The notes below the pieces were generated by a model. That model made no database searches. It was not told the origin of the DNA and worked only from the letters and a program-made list of their open reading frames with translations. A program made the position numbers and the translations under genes. DNA of 62,588 nt. It comes from Octopus bimaculoides (Eukaryota). The stretch spans positions 69,544,525 to 69,607,112 of the forward strand of contig NC_068985.1 of the NCBI RefSeq assembly GCF_001194135.2, read 5' to 3'. Of this stretch, positions 10,349 through 26,099 are shown in pieces; within the stretch, counting starts at the first letter, position 1, and the number at the start of each line of letters is the position of its first letter.

Positions 10349-13300
10349 CATATAAATATATGTGTGTGTGCTACGAGATACTTGCAGTTAACTGTACTTT
10401 TATTCACGCGCAAACAAACACACACACTCATACATTCATACACGTGCGAATGCACACAAATAAATGACCAGTAAATAAATTAATAAAATTTCCCTGCAAT
10501 TCAAAATCATTTTATATCTCCCTACGTCATGCAAGTGAAACTACTCCACTACCCAGTTACATATTTTAACTAGACGATCTAATTAAAAAGATATTAAACC
10601 AAAGTGAAAATTTTTCATAAAATGCACCGCCTTTTATCTTCTGTTATTATTTTCTACGTTAACAGTTGCTGTAAAACATGCTTGAAAAATCAGAGTCTGT
10701 TGTAGAAATACTACAAGATAACTTGTTATTGATAGAAAACTAGCAAAGCACTTTTAAATTATAGATATCGTGTAAGTAAATATAGTCTCTAGTCTAGAAG
10801 AATATACGCTCGTCTTATCTGAAACGTCTTTCTTCACTGGTCTTATTCATTGGGTGATCTGGTGGTCAATACCAACCACTTTATAAACTTACGAGAACAA
10901 CTTAAAATGTTTTTTAAATGTTAAAAATTATATTTAATGTAATGGTAGAAAGAACAAGAGTATTTAGAATTTTAAAAAGGACTTGAGGATATGGTGGAAA
11001 GTGCTTAAAAATTATAACATTTAGCATTTTATATGTGTAACTATGTGTCAGGTTGTGAGCGTGCGAGTGCATTATGTTTGTGCGTGCCTGTTTGTGCATG
11101 TATTTGAGTGTATATGCATATGTATTATATATATATATATATATATAAGACATGGGTGTGTATGCACTGAAGACCATTCACAAAAAAAAACACCCAATAA
11201 AAGTGATTGAGTGAAGTTTTTACTCTAAAATGTGTATATTTTTTTACAATGTTTTGATCTTTTTTTCTTTAACATGTTTTTCACATCTTTAAAATTAAAA
11301 ATAAAAATCTTATTTCCGTTTACAAATGCCTCTAGTCAAATGGAAGATTTTGGTTAAGAATATTCAACTTAAAAATCTAGTTCGTGTATCAGACATCTTT
11401 GTCCCTCAGCAACAGAAACGGTATTTACTGAATTTCAAATTTTTGATATATCCCATCTGTTATTTTTTATATTTGCTTTCTTTTTGGGATTTATTTTTTC
11501 CTGTTGAGTTTGACAAGGAATAATAATGCGTTGGACACTGTAGTATATTTGTGACATCACTTGATAACTACAAACATATTTCAATTTTTTCTTCTTTTTT
11601 TATTTAAATTAGTTATATTATTTTTAGTGTTTTATTGTAATTTTTTTTAGGATTAATGTTGTTTTTTTACCCTTTCAGCTAAAACGAAGATAAAATATAA
11701 ACCAAATAAAAGAAACAATTTTAACTAAATATGATATTCCAACCAGCGAGTGTGAAAGAGGGAAAATAATAAAAATAACAATAATAATAAGTTAAAAAAT
11801 AGACTATGAAGAAAAATCAATTAGTGACAACTTTTTAAGATTAAATTAATGGTGAAGAATTATTTCCATATATGCTACAGATAGTTGCTTTTATTATTTT
11901 GATTTATTGGAAGTTTTCAAATTTCACTTGAAATTTGATCAATAAAACATTTGCAATATCATTAATATTACACGATCATCCACCTACCGTTCCTCCTCCC
12001 TTTCATCATTACCACCAACATCACCATCATATTGACATTACTCTCTAAAAGCTGGAAAAGGAAATATCTAATGAGGTGATTCTCGGAGTAGCGTGCTCTA
12101 TGCTTCGGAGAGGTACTGGATGTTGGCGGATGGAAAGCGTTTGTTTCAGTGTAAGACGGTTCGATCCAAAGTGCAATGGACATATCCAAAAAAATAAAAT
12201 AGCAATATCGAAAGAGAGTTTCTCTTCAAAGACAACAAATAATACAAATAGCAGCCTAATGTCAAGAAAATCGGTGTGGATATTCATGATTCGAAATTCA
12301 AACATTAAGGTCAACCTAAGGTCAATCTGAAAACAGATTTTATGGCCATATCAAGCTTCTAATTATTCTTCTCTTACCCTTTGTACCCAACTCTAATTAT
12401 CCCCAACTAAAATGTAATATGTCTAAAGCATAAAACTTCAGTTCATTTCAAGCTTCCACAATGGCAAGCCAATGAATAAAGCTGCATGGAACCTTTTTTA
12501 ACTAGACGAAAAAACTGTATGCAAATGTAAAAAAACATATTGCCAGATATCTATGCACCAGAAATATATATCGGACAAAGATTTAAATTAATCATGTCGT
12601 AAAAGTGACTGTAATAACGAAATTCTGTGTAAATGTGATGTTCTTTATAGTTATTTAAATTATTATGTATGTGTATATATGTGTGTGCATGTCCTTGTAT
12701 GTATGTATATATGTGTGTGTATGAATGTATATACGTATATACATATTTATACCTATATACTCACTAAGATATATATATATATATATATCCACACACTCAC
12801 ACACAACACACGTATATATGTACAGAGAGAATGGGGGATGGTGAGATATATGCTGTGTGTAACTTTATATTGCACCCGCCCTAGGATCTTGGTTAAGCAG
12901 TCCCAGGGTTTGAGGAGTTTGGAACAACGTCTAAGCCACTATTGTTTCCGTGTCTGAACCGGAATAGCAGCACTTGTCAGGAACCCACCTATGCGATGAT
13001 TACTTTTCACGGAATTCCTTCTGGAAAGAATTTCACTCACAGACACCCCAGTGGAGTTAGGATTAATTAGGCATTTCACGCTCTTAGATATTCATCTAAA
13101 TAAAGGTAACTCTATATAAATCCTGCATCCTGATAACTTCTCGGAGCGTGACAATTGTTGCAAAAAAACAATACACGTTTGAAGGTAGAGTTGGTTTAGC
13201 ACAAACGCTTCGCAAATGTATTAATATTATTCGTTCAGTTTGTAAAGGAAACTAAGACATCAGTAGCAACACCATCATACATTTTTCAAAAGTCCAGTGG

Positions 13301-16300
13301 GGAGCAGCGAAAGCGGTGGGAATATGTGTGGGAGGTTATGGGATGCCATAAGCTTCAAACAAGCACAAAGGTTACTATGATGTCATAGTAATCTAGAGAG
13401 CTGGTGCAAATATGCATTTCGTATTATCCTAAGAACTTCAGAAAACATTGAACAACGATCACTGTGCAGGTATATAATGTCGAAATCTCATCCCTCGAAG
13501 TAACAAAGTAGTGAAACATATGTGTATGTGTATATATATAACGAAGTTTGCAAGATTGTTGATGTGAACTCGTGTGTTGAAGCAGATGTCGTATTTCGAG
13601 ATAGTCATTTTAGTTATTATTATAATTTTTTTTGGCCAAACAAGCACACGTACAGTATGTTTTGCTTCAGTCGTTTATTACTGTTATTTTATTATTTTAG
13701 CGGCTGTCCATTGTACAGAAATTTTTCGTCACACACCTGTGACCTCTTCAGCCAAACTTTTCTGATATATCTATATAAATATAACTGCCACACATCTGTG
13801 ATAAATGTAAGACAGAGATAGATGGTATAAATAAAACTATATACAGAGCACGGATACATGTGAAGCCAACTCATACACACACACAAACAAAAACGCACAC
13901 ACACATATACACACACACACACACATGAAACCTAATGGATGGTCATAAGATATCAAGAACACAACTAACACGGTCAGAAAACAGCTGCGGTTCCACCGAG
14001 GGCAATACCAATAACCGGTACCACGTTAGCAACACTGTCGACGAACACACATACACAGAGGAATTCCAGGAACTCTACCCCTTTTTCCTCGGGTCTTAGG
14101 ACACCAGAAGCACAATGGTGTGAGAGGTTGGGGCTGAGAGATGGCCACGCTGCAGCTACAAACTAAAACACACGCACACGCATACACACACACATACATA
14201 GCCACGCGCGCACACACACACACACACACACGCACGCACGCACACACACAAGGACACAAATGCATGCGCACATAAGGATACACATCTTAGAAGAACAGAA
14301 TGGAGTAAATGGAGCAAGAGGACACTCGGAAACGAAAATTCTCGTTGAACAGGTCAAAGATGTGTGGCGGAAGATCAAATTACAATAATAAATGAGTGAA
14401 GAAAAATTATATAGTGCGTGTGTTTATATAGCAAAATAATTAAAATAATAAATAAACTGATCATCCTGATATACTACAATATATATATACATACATATAT
14501 ATGTTATATGTGTTCATTTGTATGTACATATNNNNNNNNNNNNNNNNNNNNNNNNNNNNNNNNNNNNNNNNNNNNNNNNNNNNNNNNNNNNNNNNNNNNN
14601 NNNNNNNNNNNNNNNNNNNNNNNNNNNNNNNNNNNNNNNNNATATATATATATATATATATATACATACATATATATGTTATATGTGTTCATTTGTATGT
14701 ACATATGTCGTTTAGATGCAAATCACTCCACCCCACACCGAATCATGTTTTACCATTGCTTTTGGGAATTTAAACGTATTTTATGAATGGAAAATTGACA
14801 ATGTTCAAGGATTTTTCAATAATTGTAAAACACAGAAATTAAAATTTTTCGGCTGACCATCCTTCTGAACTCACGAAGGTATTGAATATTCTTAAATGTG
14901 TATATAAAACACAATGATGACTATCGAATGTGAACAAACACGCGCGAGTGAAACAGATCATTTTCAGCACGAGATACATACACGAGCACATACACGCACA
15001 CACACACAGGCGCGCACGCACCCCTCCCCCACAGGCACGTGCACACGCACACACACATAGACACACAAACACAGACATAGAAACAAAGAAACACACACAC
15101 GTAAACACCCAAACACAGACATAAACACACACAAACACACACATAGACACACAAAAAACAGACATACAGTCATACATACATCTATTCAATAAATCTGGAA
15201 TGAGACGCACCGATATAAATTGAAATAAAAAGCATAGCTGTAAAATATACACATGTGGATATATGTATATTCCTACACTAACTTTTAGGAGACTTATTCG
15301 TAATTGGAAGTGGACTTAAGATTATGTGTATGATGGGGAAAATCAGAAATATTTCTAATATGGCATTTCTGATTCTGACACCGTTATTGAAAGTCAGATG
15401 GCTTGATATGATCAATTGAAACCAACCAGAAAAATGGAATAATCTTGCAAAACTCATTCAATTACATTATATGTGTATATGTGTTTGTATAAGTTTGCGT
15501 TTTAATGTTCATAATTGTGACTATCTACCTACCAACTACACACACACTCATATTTATGCGCGTGTATGTATGAATAACTGCGCGTGTGTGTATGTCTTTC
15601 TGGTTTTGTATTGTTTTAATTTTATTCTCTGTATATTTGATATTATCAATTAAGATTTGATTAATATTTGTTGGGGAATAAATACATAAATAAATATATA
15701 AATATACCTCGAAAGACCCCCAAAACAATGTCAGGATAATATCAACAGATATATAAACAGAAATCTAACAAGAATACAAATATGAACAATAAAACATTAA
15801 TAACTACTTGTCATAATAGAAGCAGTCTAAGTTTAAGACATTAATTATTTAGTTGATGTCTCAAAAAAATATTTATTACTAAATGCCAATATATAATATA
15901 TTACTATCTTGAATATATTTCGGACATTCAGAATTAAATTGAAGTTATTATCATTTTTCCCTTTTTTATTATTTGAAAATCTAATAACGATTCTTCTAAA
16001 TTCAGAATAAATTTGCGCGTATTTGTATTTTTATTTCGTTGCTTTTTCTAATGTTCTTTTCCCGTTCATTTGTGTTGTTTCCTTTTCCTTTCGATTTCAT
16101 TTGAACAACTAAATACTTCCAATTTCTTTAATTGTTAAAAATTGACATCTTAATGTTATTATTGTTATTGTTCTTATCATCACACTTACTTCTGGATTGC
16201 GTCAGCGATATCCTATTGCTACATACGAAGTATTTTATTTCGTCACACGATATATTAGGGACCTTTCAGTATTTAGTATTGTTCTCGATAATATTTGGAT

Positions 16301-16580
16301 TGAATATAAGCATGGTTGCATGTTCCTTACGATTACAGCAGTTTGCAAAGGAGACAATACTTAATACTATGTATTTCTCTTTCTTAAATAAAGTTTTTAA
16401 CATCTTTGAAAATGCCAAACAAAAATGGTAGAAATATGTGAGGCAGATAAATAGAATGGGATATGTACGTCAGAAGAGATTCACTGTCAATTGGTGGTTT
16501 GTATACGATTTTCAAACGGTTAACTGCTATTCATGAGATGTACATACATACATATATGAGAATATACGTATACACATGTA

Positions 16581-16582
<2 letters not shown>

Positions 16583-16632
<50 letters not shown>
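16583..16632. repeat. (GT)n microsatellite
   Basis: Read directly. Confidence 0.97.
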
Positions 16633-16634
<2 letters not shown>

Positions 16635-16879
16635 TTAGAACGAAGTCAACGGCACAAAATAACTCGAGCCTGTAACGGGAAGTGGCTGCAAATTTTGATT
16701 TGGAATAAATGCAAATATTTTTCGTTGACTTTCAAATAAAATGATTTTCGTCTGTTATTAACGTGAATGTGATGCCCAAAACTCGCAGTACAGCAATTTA
16801 CCTTTATTGTGTATAATTAATTGGGCAATTTCATGAAGCATACTTCTCCACTAGATACATTTTCGCCTATAAATTACAA

Positions 16880-18420
16880 TATATATTTTTAGAAAATTGG
16901 TAATGCTCAGAAGCATCCACCCTATTTAAGTGCCGCTTCTTTCCGAGAATCCTAAGCCACATAGCAGATGCCACTGTACATTGAGGCAAAACAACCAAGG
17001 AACAGCCAATGTTCGTAATGTGACATATGTCAGTATCATAAATTAGTCTACTGAAGACTGACAACACATTTTACTGAAACTTTCGCCGAAATTATGAAAT
17101 CTTTGTTTAATGGAGTAAGGAGCTGAAAATTACCGATGTGACATCCCTCTCAAAGCAGCGCTTCCGTTCTTTGACACTCAGAACAGAAAACTATCCTGTT
17201 CTGCTGGCAATTGTTGTCGATACTGTCAACAATGTTTCCAAACAAGTTAGGATACAAATGCGGAGTGACGTTTGTTCCTTCTGCAGCCAACCATCACTCG
17301 TTGTACTTCCTTCAATGTTATCGGCTTCTCGCAAAGCTAAATTCATCTAACCTGTAGTCATGTAAGATCTTCGAGACAGGTACTAATATTCATTATGCGT
17401 CTGCTGCTCGTGCCCTTTAACCGGAATTTGTCCCCACGTGTCTTAAAGCACGTGCTTTAGCACTGACAATGCAGCATTCGTGCTTTCCTGAAAACCATGT
17501 TTGAGAGCAAAATATGTTGACCTTCCTGTTTCCCCTAAGTACCTCATCTAGATTTCCAACTACATCACACTATATTCTAGTTTTTTTATGTCGGTGCAAC
17601 CTTACTAAACCTTGCCGATTCTAATCCAATCGCCGTTTTCAGATCGAGACTCCATTCTCTGTTGCCGATAGCCTACATCAAATCCAGCTTACCTAACTCG
17701 TAAATACAGTCTTTATAACCATGGTGCACTGAGAACAAGGCATTCAGCCTTCAATTAATAGGTCACTACCTACGAATCCTACTTATTTCTACAGCTTATA
17801 AATTCCTGATGTGGCTACCTGACAGTTTTAAATTGCGGACAACCAATGATATGCATCTCAACAGGCCTGCAAAATACTCTGTCAACACACGATCTAGATG
17901 TCATGATGTCGTTTGTCTATGTCCGCATTGGTATGCTCAGGAAATCCGGTGGTCGCTTGTCAGAAATGTTCAAAATATTTATAACATTTGTGATGTTCTT
18001 GCAAGCCACTCTCATATCGGCTATCCTTACAAAACCCAGGAAGCAACAATTACTCAAGGAGTGATACTACAATAGCTACTCATCAGGTCGAAGACAGCTT
18101 AGTTGGACGTTGCACGCGAGTCTGTTTCGTCATCCGGCGCTCACCTTGAGCAGACCAGGCTGAAAGCGTTTCTTCACCTGTAAAATTTATTTCAGAAAGG
18201 CAATGCCATTTAGTGCTGTCAGAACAGACATTTCTGGAATTTATTTAGACACCACAGACCAAATACCAACTGGAACAGAGGAACTCATTAGTTTCATGGT
18301 CACCCATAGTATCAGATAAGGTCGACGCCTTTTCATGCCACTCTAGATCGCAAACGTGAAACTTTCACCAACCCTATTGGCCGTCTGGTAGAAAACTTGG
18401 AGCGCTTGAGATCATTTCGT
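16880..18420 (-). mobile_element. Tx1-like LINE fragment C: AP endonuclease, linker and RT N-terminus (heavily decayed)
   Basis: Minus translation HLDRVLTE (APE), PITLKEVQRVMVGCRRNK and IGNFQLLTPLNKDFIISAKV (RPITLLN-like); 17430-17500 minus resembles 41690-41740 of fragment D at nucleotide level. Confidence 0.65.
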
Positions 18421-19707
18421 GAAACAGGACAACAACATTTTCAGAGAAATGAGCTGCAAGAAAAAAGCGATTTCATAAACGATTGTACATACCTATGTAT
18501 GCACATATATACATGTGTCTGTGTGTGCGCGTACCGTGTGTGTTTGTGCATGCGTATATGCGACTCTTTGTGTGAATGTATGCATTCATGCGTATACCTA
18601 TATATTTTGTCTTATAGTACAAAATCAGAATGGAAATATACTTTTCTGAACTCCTGATTTTTTTTCATCAAAGAATAGTTTCCCTTGAGAAACATTTTTG
18701 CTTTGTCTTCATTTTCTTCATCTTCTGCATAAAAAAAATTCAGTTTGAGAAGCTGTTAATAGCTAAAGTGAATTTTGGGATTGATTCCAAGCTCTGTATG
18801 AAGTTTCTTAGAGGAAAAGAACAAAAAAATGCTACGATGTTTATAGTTTGACATAACTGCGAAGAAGTATTGAAGTACAGCGACTCACCTAATCACAGTA
18901 TAATAGAATTTCAGAGTGACTGAAATAGTTTGAGAGACAAAATACTGAGTCCAGACACTGGCAGTGACGTGCAAATACACTTTGTTAAATTCTTCTTCAA
19001 ATTACGCAACTTAATTTTTTGATTTTATTTATGATTTACTTTTCACGTTTATAGATTCATATAGCATCATACCTCTCAGTGCTATTGTGCAATAATTAAG
19101 TACAGAATTATTGTAATCATTATATTTCAGGTTATTGTGTAAGTGTATTAATGTATGTTATTGTAATTTCTTATTTAATTGCCTTCACCATGCTAACTTA
19201 CGTCTTGTAAATTCAGGCAGATCAAAGTTGTCTCAGCTGACATCAGCCAATGATTTTGTATATTGAGAACTTTTTTTTCTATAGAAATACATTATTTCTC
19301 ATACATTTCCGTCTTTAAGATGATGTTGTAATTGAAAGAAATTTGATATGTACCTATGGCAGGCGAAAAGTCACATGTATATGACTTTGTTGGCTCAGCT
19401 ATAGTAAAGATCAACAACAGGTTAAAATGTCTTCAGCTGTGGTTGCGTAAATTTGAGAACTTAAAGAGATGTTAACTATAATTACTATCATTTTAACACG
19501 ATTGCATTTTATTGTATAGATTCCCTGTACTACTTTCTACATTAATTATGTGCAATGAATTTTCCATGTTATAATGCTTTTTCTTCGTCTGTAAATAATG
19601 TATTTTATTAGCATATGATTCTTTGCCTGTTCAAGATTAACCCTACAGATTAACCCTCATGCATTCGACCGTTTTCGTGGTGCACACTGGGCAACGGAAC
19701 TATCCTA

Positions 19708-19711
<4 letters not shown>

Positions 19712-19766
<55 letters not shown>

Positions 19767-19778
19767 NNNNNNNNNNTT

Positions 19779-19836
<58 letters not shown>

Positions 19837-19896
19837 GCACACACACACACACAAACACACACACAAACACACACACAAATACACACACACACACAC
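19712..19896. repeat. (CT)n followed by (CA)n microsatellite, contains a 10-N gap
   Basis: Read directly. Confidence 0.95.
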
Positions 19897-20529
19897 TTGC
19901 TCACTCAGACACATTCATTTTCTATGCACTGATGATTTGTGAGTATATGACGAAAGGTTGATATCATGTGTTGGTTAGTTACTACCGTTAGCTATATATT
20001 TGGAAAGCAAATTGCAACCACAAGGCTACGTCGTGCGATGCAGCATAGATCGAGCATTTCAAAGATATAGACTGGATGAGAATCAGGTCTTTATAGATCA
20101 ATGCAAAATACGGGGAACGATTTAGTATGAATAGCTAGCAGCTGTTATAAACTCCAGTTTCGATTGTATTAAAGGGTGGAATGATATAATATGCATAAGA
20201 TCGGTTGGTGGAAAACCAAAACTAACATTTGTCTAAACTGTTTCTCTTATGCACTCAGCCTGTCAGGTATGCCGCCTATTAAGTGTGGTTTTAAAAATGG
20301 GACAATTATTTGGAGACAAAAGGGAGTATCCATATGAAACAGCTACACATTAGGTATGTCTATATATTCGAGTGATTTCACTTTCATTTTGTCATGAACA
20401 TTAGAATATCATGACGGTCGTCAGCACTGTAGAGTTGTCTAATGAAATAAGGAGACTACACATAAGAAAAGACAATTCAGTGGGATTCCTTTTCGTAATT
20501 TAGGAAGATAATACGTGGAACTGCGATTC

Positions 20530-20870
20530 AATTGTTGGATCGAGAGATATGTGTAACTGCCTTAATTTTTCTTCGAGCCAGATATTTAAACTGAGACAAA
20601 AAAGCGTGCCTCTCTATACCGATGGACAGTGGCATGTACAGATAATACGGAGAAAGTATACTCCTTGTAATGCCGGGCAGAAAGAAAATTTCACATTCAT
20701 GGAGTATTGTGGTACTTCGTGACTGTCGTAAGAAACACACGACCAAGAAAAAAATGACCAAATTAGATTGTATATTCTTTAGAATTTTGCGCAACATAGA
20801 CACTTTGTAACTCAAGAAGCCCATATGCTGCCAACGTCGATGCTTGGGGCCTAGGATGATCGTCAGTAAG
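20530..20870 (-). mobile_element. Possible Tx1-like AP endonuclease N-terminal remnant
   Basis: Weak translation similarity (TILHECEIFFLPG) to the start of the family's endonuclease; not confirmed. Confidence 0.3.
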
Positions 20871-21376
20871 TACTGAGGCTAACACATCTGAAGTGATTTG
20901 TTAAGGATGCAGTCGCTGTTCGCTTGCTACGTTAATTCACAGTTCAGCTATTTCACAGTTCAGCTATTTGAGTGAGATTTTGTTCTGACTAAAATAGCAA
21001 CCTAGAACAACTAGTAGTGATGGAATGTGGCCTAAAAGTGGTTACAAGTATCAAAGAAGGCATTTTGATTCGACAAGGTATCTTCTGAAGCACTTACTGT
21101 TCAGGTGATATGGATGTCCCAAGTCATGAATATTGGAAATACGCAATTGCAAAGTGTCCCATAGTTGCACTGACGTCATGACTTCTGTATTCAGAAGACA
21201 AGTAGCTTGATCTTGAATATTGCATGTTTCTAATTGCAATCTATATTTGTACATCACATATCGGCTGAATGGTCAGGAAACTGTTTACAATAAAGTCAGG
21301 GAAACTAAAGTGGTCTGCAAACCCCAAAACTACTGTATAGTGCAGCAATTTATAATGATATATAAACCGCCAATAG

Positions 21377-21490
21377 CATCATCCTCATCATCATCCTCGT
21401 CTTCGTCGTCATCAGCATCACCATCATCGTCATCATCATCATCATCACCGTCGTCGTCGTCGTCGTCATCGCTGTCGTCGTCGTCGTCAT
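21377..21490. repeat. (TCA)/(TCG) compound trinucleotide repeat
   Basis: Read directly. Confidence 0.93.
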
Positions 21491-23629
21491 TTTCATCCGC
21501 GCGTTACGTTTTGTCAAGTTTACAGCCATCCTATCTGTGATGAACTAAATTCTTAAAAATGAAAATTGTCTTTCATCTATACTCTTACTTTTCCTACTGT
21601 TACTCCCTTTTATACGACAAAACAGTACCTACAACGATCTAGTTACGTACTGTTTGTTGTTAATATAAATTTAACGAGCAACCAAGAATGTGTACACGTT
21701 ATCGGTCGATTTCCACAAATCACAAGAACACTTTCTAAATTTACACCCTGCGCTACATCCCATAATGTATTTCAAGTTTATACACAAAAACATGAGATAT
21801 TCAATGGCTGGATTGTTTAGATTAGAGATGTACTTGTTTGAATTGGCATGTGCCTAAGCAGACACATCTGTAAATTTAGCTAATTTAATTTCACCTTGTG
21901 TACAGTAGTTTCTCAAAAGCTTGCCCAAAGTCGAACCTATAAATAAGGAAGTCTCCTTAATACGGTATGACCTTTATAGATTTTTTTTTTCGATGTGGCT
22001 GGTTCCGAACAAAAATTCTCAAGCATCCACTGACTTGGACGTGTGGAACTCACACAAAAGAAATTGTAATCAACTCCAAGTAAATATGGAACTTGGCCAG
22101 GTAACAAAGTGCCAATTCAACCGGGATACAATTTAATCTCATTGTTGAAAAATACATAGGAACCAAAGTGCTTTGCCAACTACAGCCCGCCCTATTAACA
22201 ATGTCATCCCTATTTACAAATTATCGTAAGGAAAGGAAGTACAAAAGAGATAGGATATTTTTGGTTGCATTTTAATTCCACATTCGATCATAGTCACCGC
22301 TCAGATATTGTGGAGAGTCTGAAAACTATATTTATCATGATCGCTAATGGCTTTGTTGGAAATAACTTGCTCATTTTATTCTTGTTAGTTTCATGTTCTT
22401 CTTGTTATTGTTCTTGTTGCCGTAGTGGGTGTTCATGATAAGCTTCAAATCTCCTTTCAATGCAAGCTGTATGTAAGCATTATAACTATTTGCTATCATT
22501 TTATCCAGTGTATCTTCCTTTTAAGACAAATGAATGCAGTTTACGAGTAGTTTCCCTGGTATATCCAGCAGTTTAAATGTTATTAATGTTAATACTGTCA
22601 TTACTTTTCCTGCCAATGTCAGCAACTTCGACAGTACTGATGTTAATTAATGAATTACTAATAGCGAAGAAGAGTTTGTTTCATTCAGCAGCGAAAAGGA
22701 GGCAGTTTCATTGAATTTATATATTGCCAGCATTTCTTCCGTTAGCATTCTCCTTCAAGTAATCTGATTGGTATTTCATTTGCCTACCTGTTTTGAACTT
22801 TACTTCTGATACGTCATCAATGGAAATTTTGAGAGGTTTACGTTACCAGTCGAGCATCCGAAAGCACTCAATGTTACGCTGTAGCACTGATTACAACATC
22901 CTATTCGTCTAATCACTTTGTCTTATTTTTCTGAAAACAAAATACTTAGTAAAAAATTCTGAAAACCCTTTGTTCGATCACCTGCAAGCACTTCCCTTCG
23001 AGGTGTCGTGGCTTAAATTTCTGTCAGGTCTTTCATGACATATATCGGAGCCAAATCATTATTTCAGTAACAGGCATGGCTGGTGTACATTCTTGGTGTG
23101 CTCTTTATCTAACTGTTTGCAACATTACTTCGAAATTCTCTTCACTATGGTGATATGGGTGCCATGATAGTTTAATGAAATTATTATCAACGCTCTGCTC
23201 ATAGAAGTCCAGGATATGAAGACCAAAAATTATCTTTTTTAAAAAAAGCTATACAGAATATTTACCGCACTGATTTGACTTCGCTCCGTCCTATCCCAGA
23301 TTCGCTTTTTCACGCACGTCTGTTATATATCCCCAGGTGGTTCATTTGATTTTCTTTTCGCCTACTTAGTCATATGAAGCATTCATTCATCAGTTGTTCC
23401 ACTAGAATGAAATCACGTGACATGGGAGTTCTGCCGTCCATGATGCACGATTCTCGTTTGCTACTATTTCTGTAAGTGATTTTAAGCACCAAGTTCCAAT
23501 ATAAGACAATCTCTCAAGGCCTCTAATAGAGTATTAGGTGCTGTAATATCCATGTTAAGTTCCATACAAACATTGCATCTTGCTACTAATGATGGTTCAG
23601 TCGCTAATGAATTATACATATATATATGC

Positions 23630-23630
23630 A

Positions 23631-23662
<32 letters not shown>

Positions 23663-23678
23663 TACACACACACACACG

Positions 23679-23742
<64 letters not shown>

Positions 23743-23835
23743 CATATATGTACATATGNNNNNNNNNNGGTTAATACATATATTTGTGTGTGTGTGTGTG
23801 TGCGTGTTTGCATGTGTGTGTGTGCATGTGTGTGG
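23630..23835. repeat. Compound (CA)n/(TA)n/(TG)n microsatellite with a 10-N gap
   Basis: Read directly. Confidence 0.93.
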
Positions 23836-24262
23836 TGTGTGTGCAAGTGCATTTTGCATCAGCTTCTATTTAGGAACGCATTCATATATATGTGTTGTGT
23901 TGTACTATTAATCGCGTTTTCGTATTTCAAATCTCACAAAACCTATTGTATTATGTACAATACTGGGGCACATAACGCTGCTGGCGGCAATTTGCCTTTC
24001 TGTCAAACGCAGGAACCTCTTCCATTTCACGGTTTAGAGGTTAGCATTAGAAAAACCAGCCAGCTGCAAATGCAATTCCTTCAACACATAAAAATTCTCA
24101 TTATGTTAACATGAAAATATTGATGTAAACCGTATACCATGCACATACTCACACCCACATGGACGTATACTCAGACGCAGGATCTCTATATCTCTCTCAC
24201 TCTTACACACATATATGCATGCAGGATAGATCGAAAGATGATAGGCAGATAGGATGGTATTT

Positions 24263-24440
<178 letters not shown>

Positions 24441-26099
24441 ATATGTATATGTATATAATGGCATATAAATATGTGTGTATGTATATACATTTTGTAATTA
24501 ATATGTCTTTATGTGCATCGATATATAAAATCACAGTATAAATTTGCACTAGAGATTCAAATTGATATGTCTAGTATATCTAGTTATAATTCTAAAAATA
24601 AAATATTCAATGCAAATAAAGTTTTCCGATTTATGACTTTTCATGTGATGCAATGGCGAAATGCAAAATGCTCAATGTCAGAAGGATAAAAATAGCATAC
24701 ATATAATATTTTTTTTTTTATTTTGTCTGTCTTAATTAAGGTTATGAAATATCTGAGGAGACTGAATAATGTGCATTGCCAACTGAATCATTAACATGTT
24801 GCTATGGAAGGAGAGACGCTAGATGCGTGTGTTTTCCACAAAATCGTATTTATTTTGTGCAATATCAATTCTAGTAATATTAAAAGTCATTGATAACAAA
24901 ATAAAATGTCTATTATACAAATTAGTACAGGAAGTATCTTGCGAATGGATGTGGTTTAAAACAGAAAAAGAAAATACATATATATGTAAATGTTGCAACT
25001 GCAACTAGGTTGTTTATTACTCTCATTTCCAACACTTTTCCACTGGTTTGTACCCTGCCTCAGTGTTATCAACTTTTGCTTTCATAACATGAAAAGTTGT
25101 CCCTGAGGAAGTTTATGCAGCGTTTATACTTTCTGATTTTTGGCTTCCATCTGTGACCTAAACCTATTGTTCCTCCCTTCAAACATCCTTTCTTATCTGA
25201 ATTGAACATGAAATTCACTCTCTTTCCAGCTATTTATAAGTCATCAGTCCTCTTTTTAAATTTCCATCGTTTCCGGATTGCTTGAATATTTTTCACAGAA
25301 GACAATATTTTTGCCATGCAAAACATGTTTTTCTTTTATTTTTTCAACGCACAATATAGCTGTGCTGATTATATTTTTTGTCAAGCACATTCTTATTATA
25401 TTACTCTGAGAATGTTGTTAGAAGATTGATGTTTCGTCTCACCACTATGGACCATTTTAGCAAAGCGGTGGAGTATATCATTACTACCAAGGCCCATTTT
25501 TTGATTACCTAATTTCATCCACTCCAGTTCGTTTTCTTAGGGGCATCTTCTTTTCTTTGTACATTTTGAACAATTTTCCCTCTCATTTCTATTGCCATTA
25601 CTTCCTCATCTTGAACCACACCTGTCCCGTGAATCCCTTATTATCTCTCAGTGAACTAATATGAACTTTTGAGGAAAGTGGTATTTGCTGCTGTTACATA
25701 TGCCATTCACACTTTCATCTCTATCAGTGTAAACACAAGTTGTAACGAGACATTAGAAGAACGGCAGCATCCGTAAGCTACTTTTAATGTTTCTGTCCCT
25801 TGTACTCAACTCATCGTGACCGTATGATAAGCAGTGCCTCTTGCTGATACAAGTATTACAGAAGAAAGTTCAGTCTTACAACATTATTCTCATATTTTCT
25901 TCCTTTGTAAATTTGTTAGGATATTTTTATGGCGGCCTTGCTCAATAGGATAAGTACTAACAGGTTCATTACTATTTGAATTTTGACAAGCTGCATATAT
26001 GTTGCCACGAATCGATGGCATCGTGAGGGTTTCCTGCCCCTGGAATTTTTTTTTTATTGAATATAGTGCTCATTCATAGTGTTGAATTTACATATAGTG

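Noticed and set aside
14480-14706. About 50-bp sequence duplicated on both sides of an N gap
   Set aside because: Most likely overlapping contig ends or an unresolved tandem repeat; cannot be treated as biology without reads.
19121-19146. tttcag-GTTATTGT-gtaagt, an apparent 8-nt microexon
   Set aside because: Such splice-like strings are frequent in AT-rich DNA; no supporting frame or neighbouring exons.
20936-20968. 16-bp tandem duplication ttcacagttcagctat x2
   Set aside because: Ordinary local slippage duplication.
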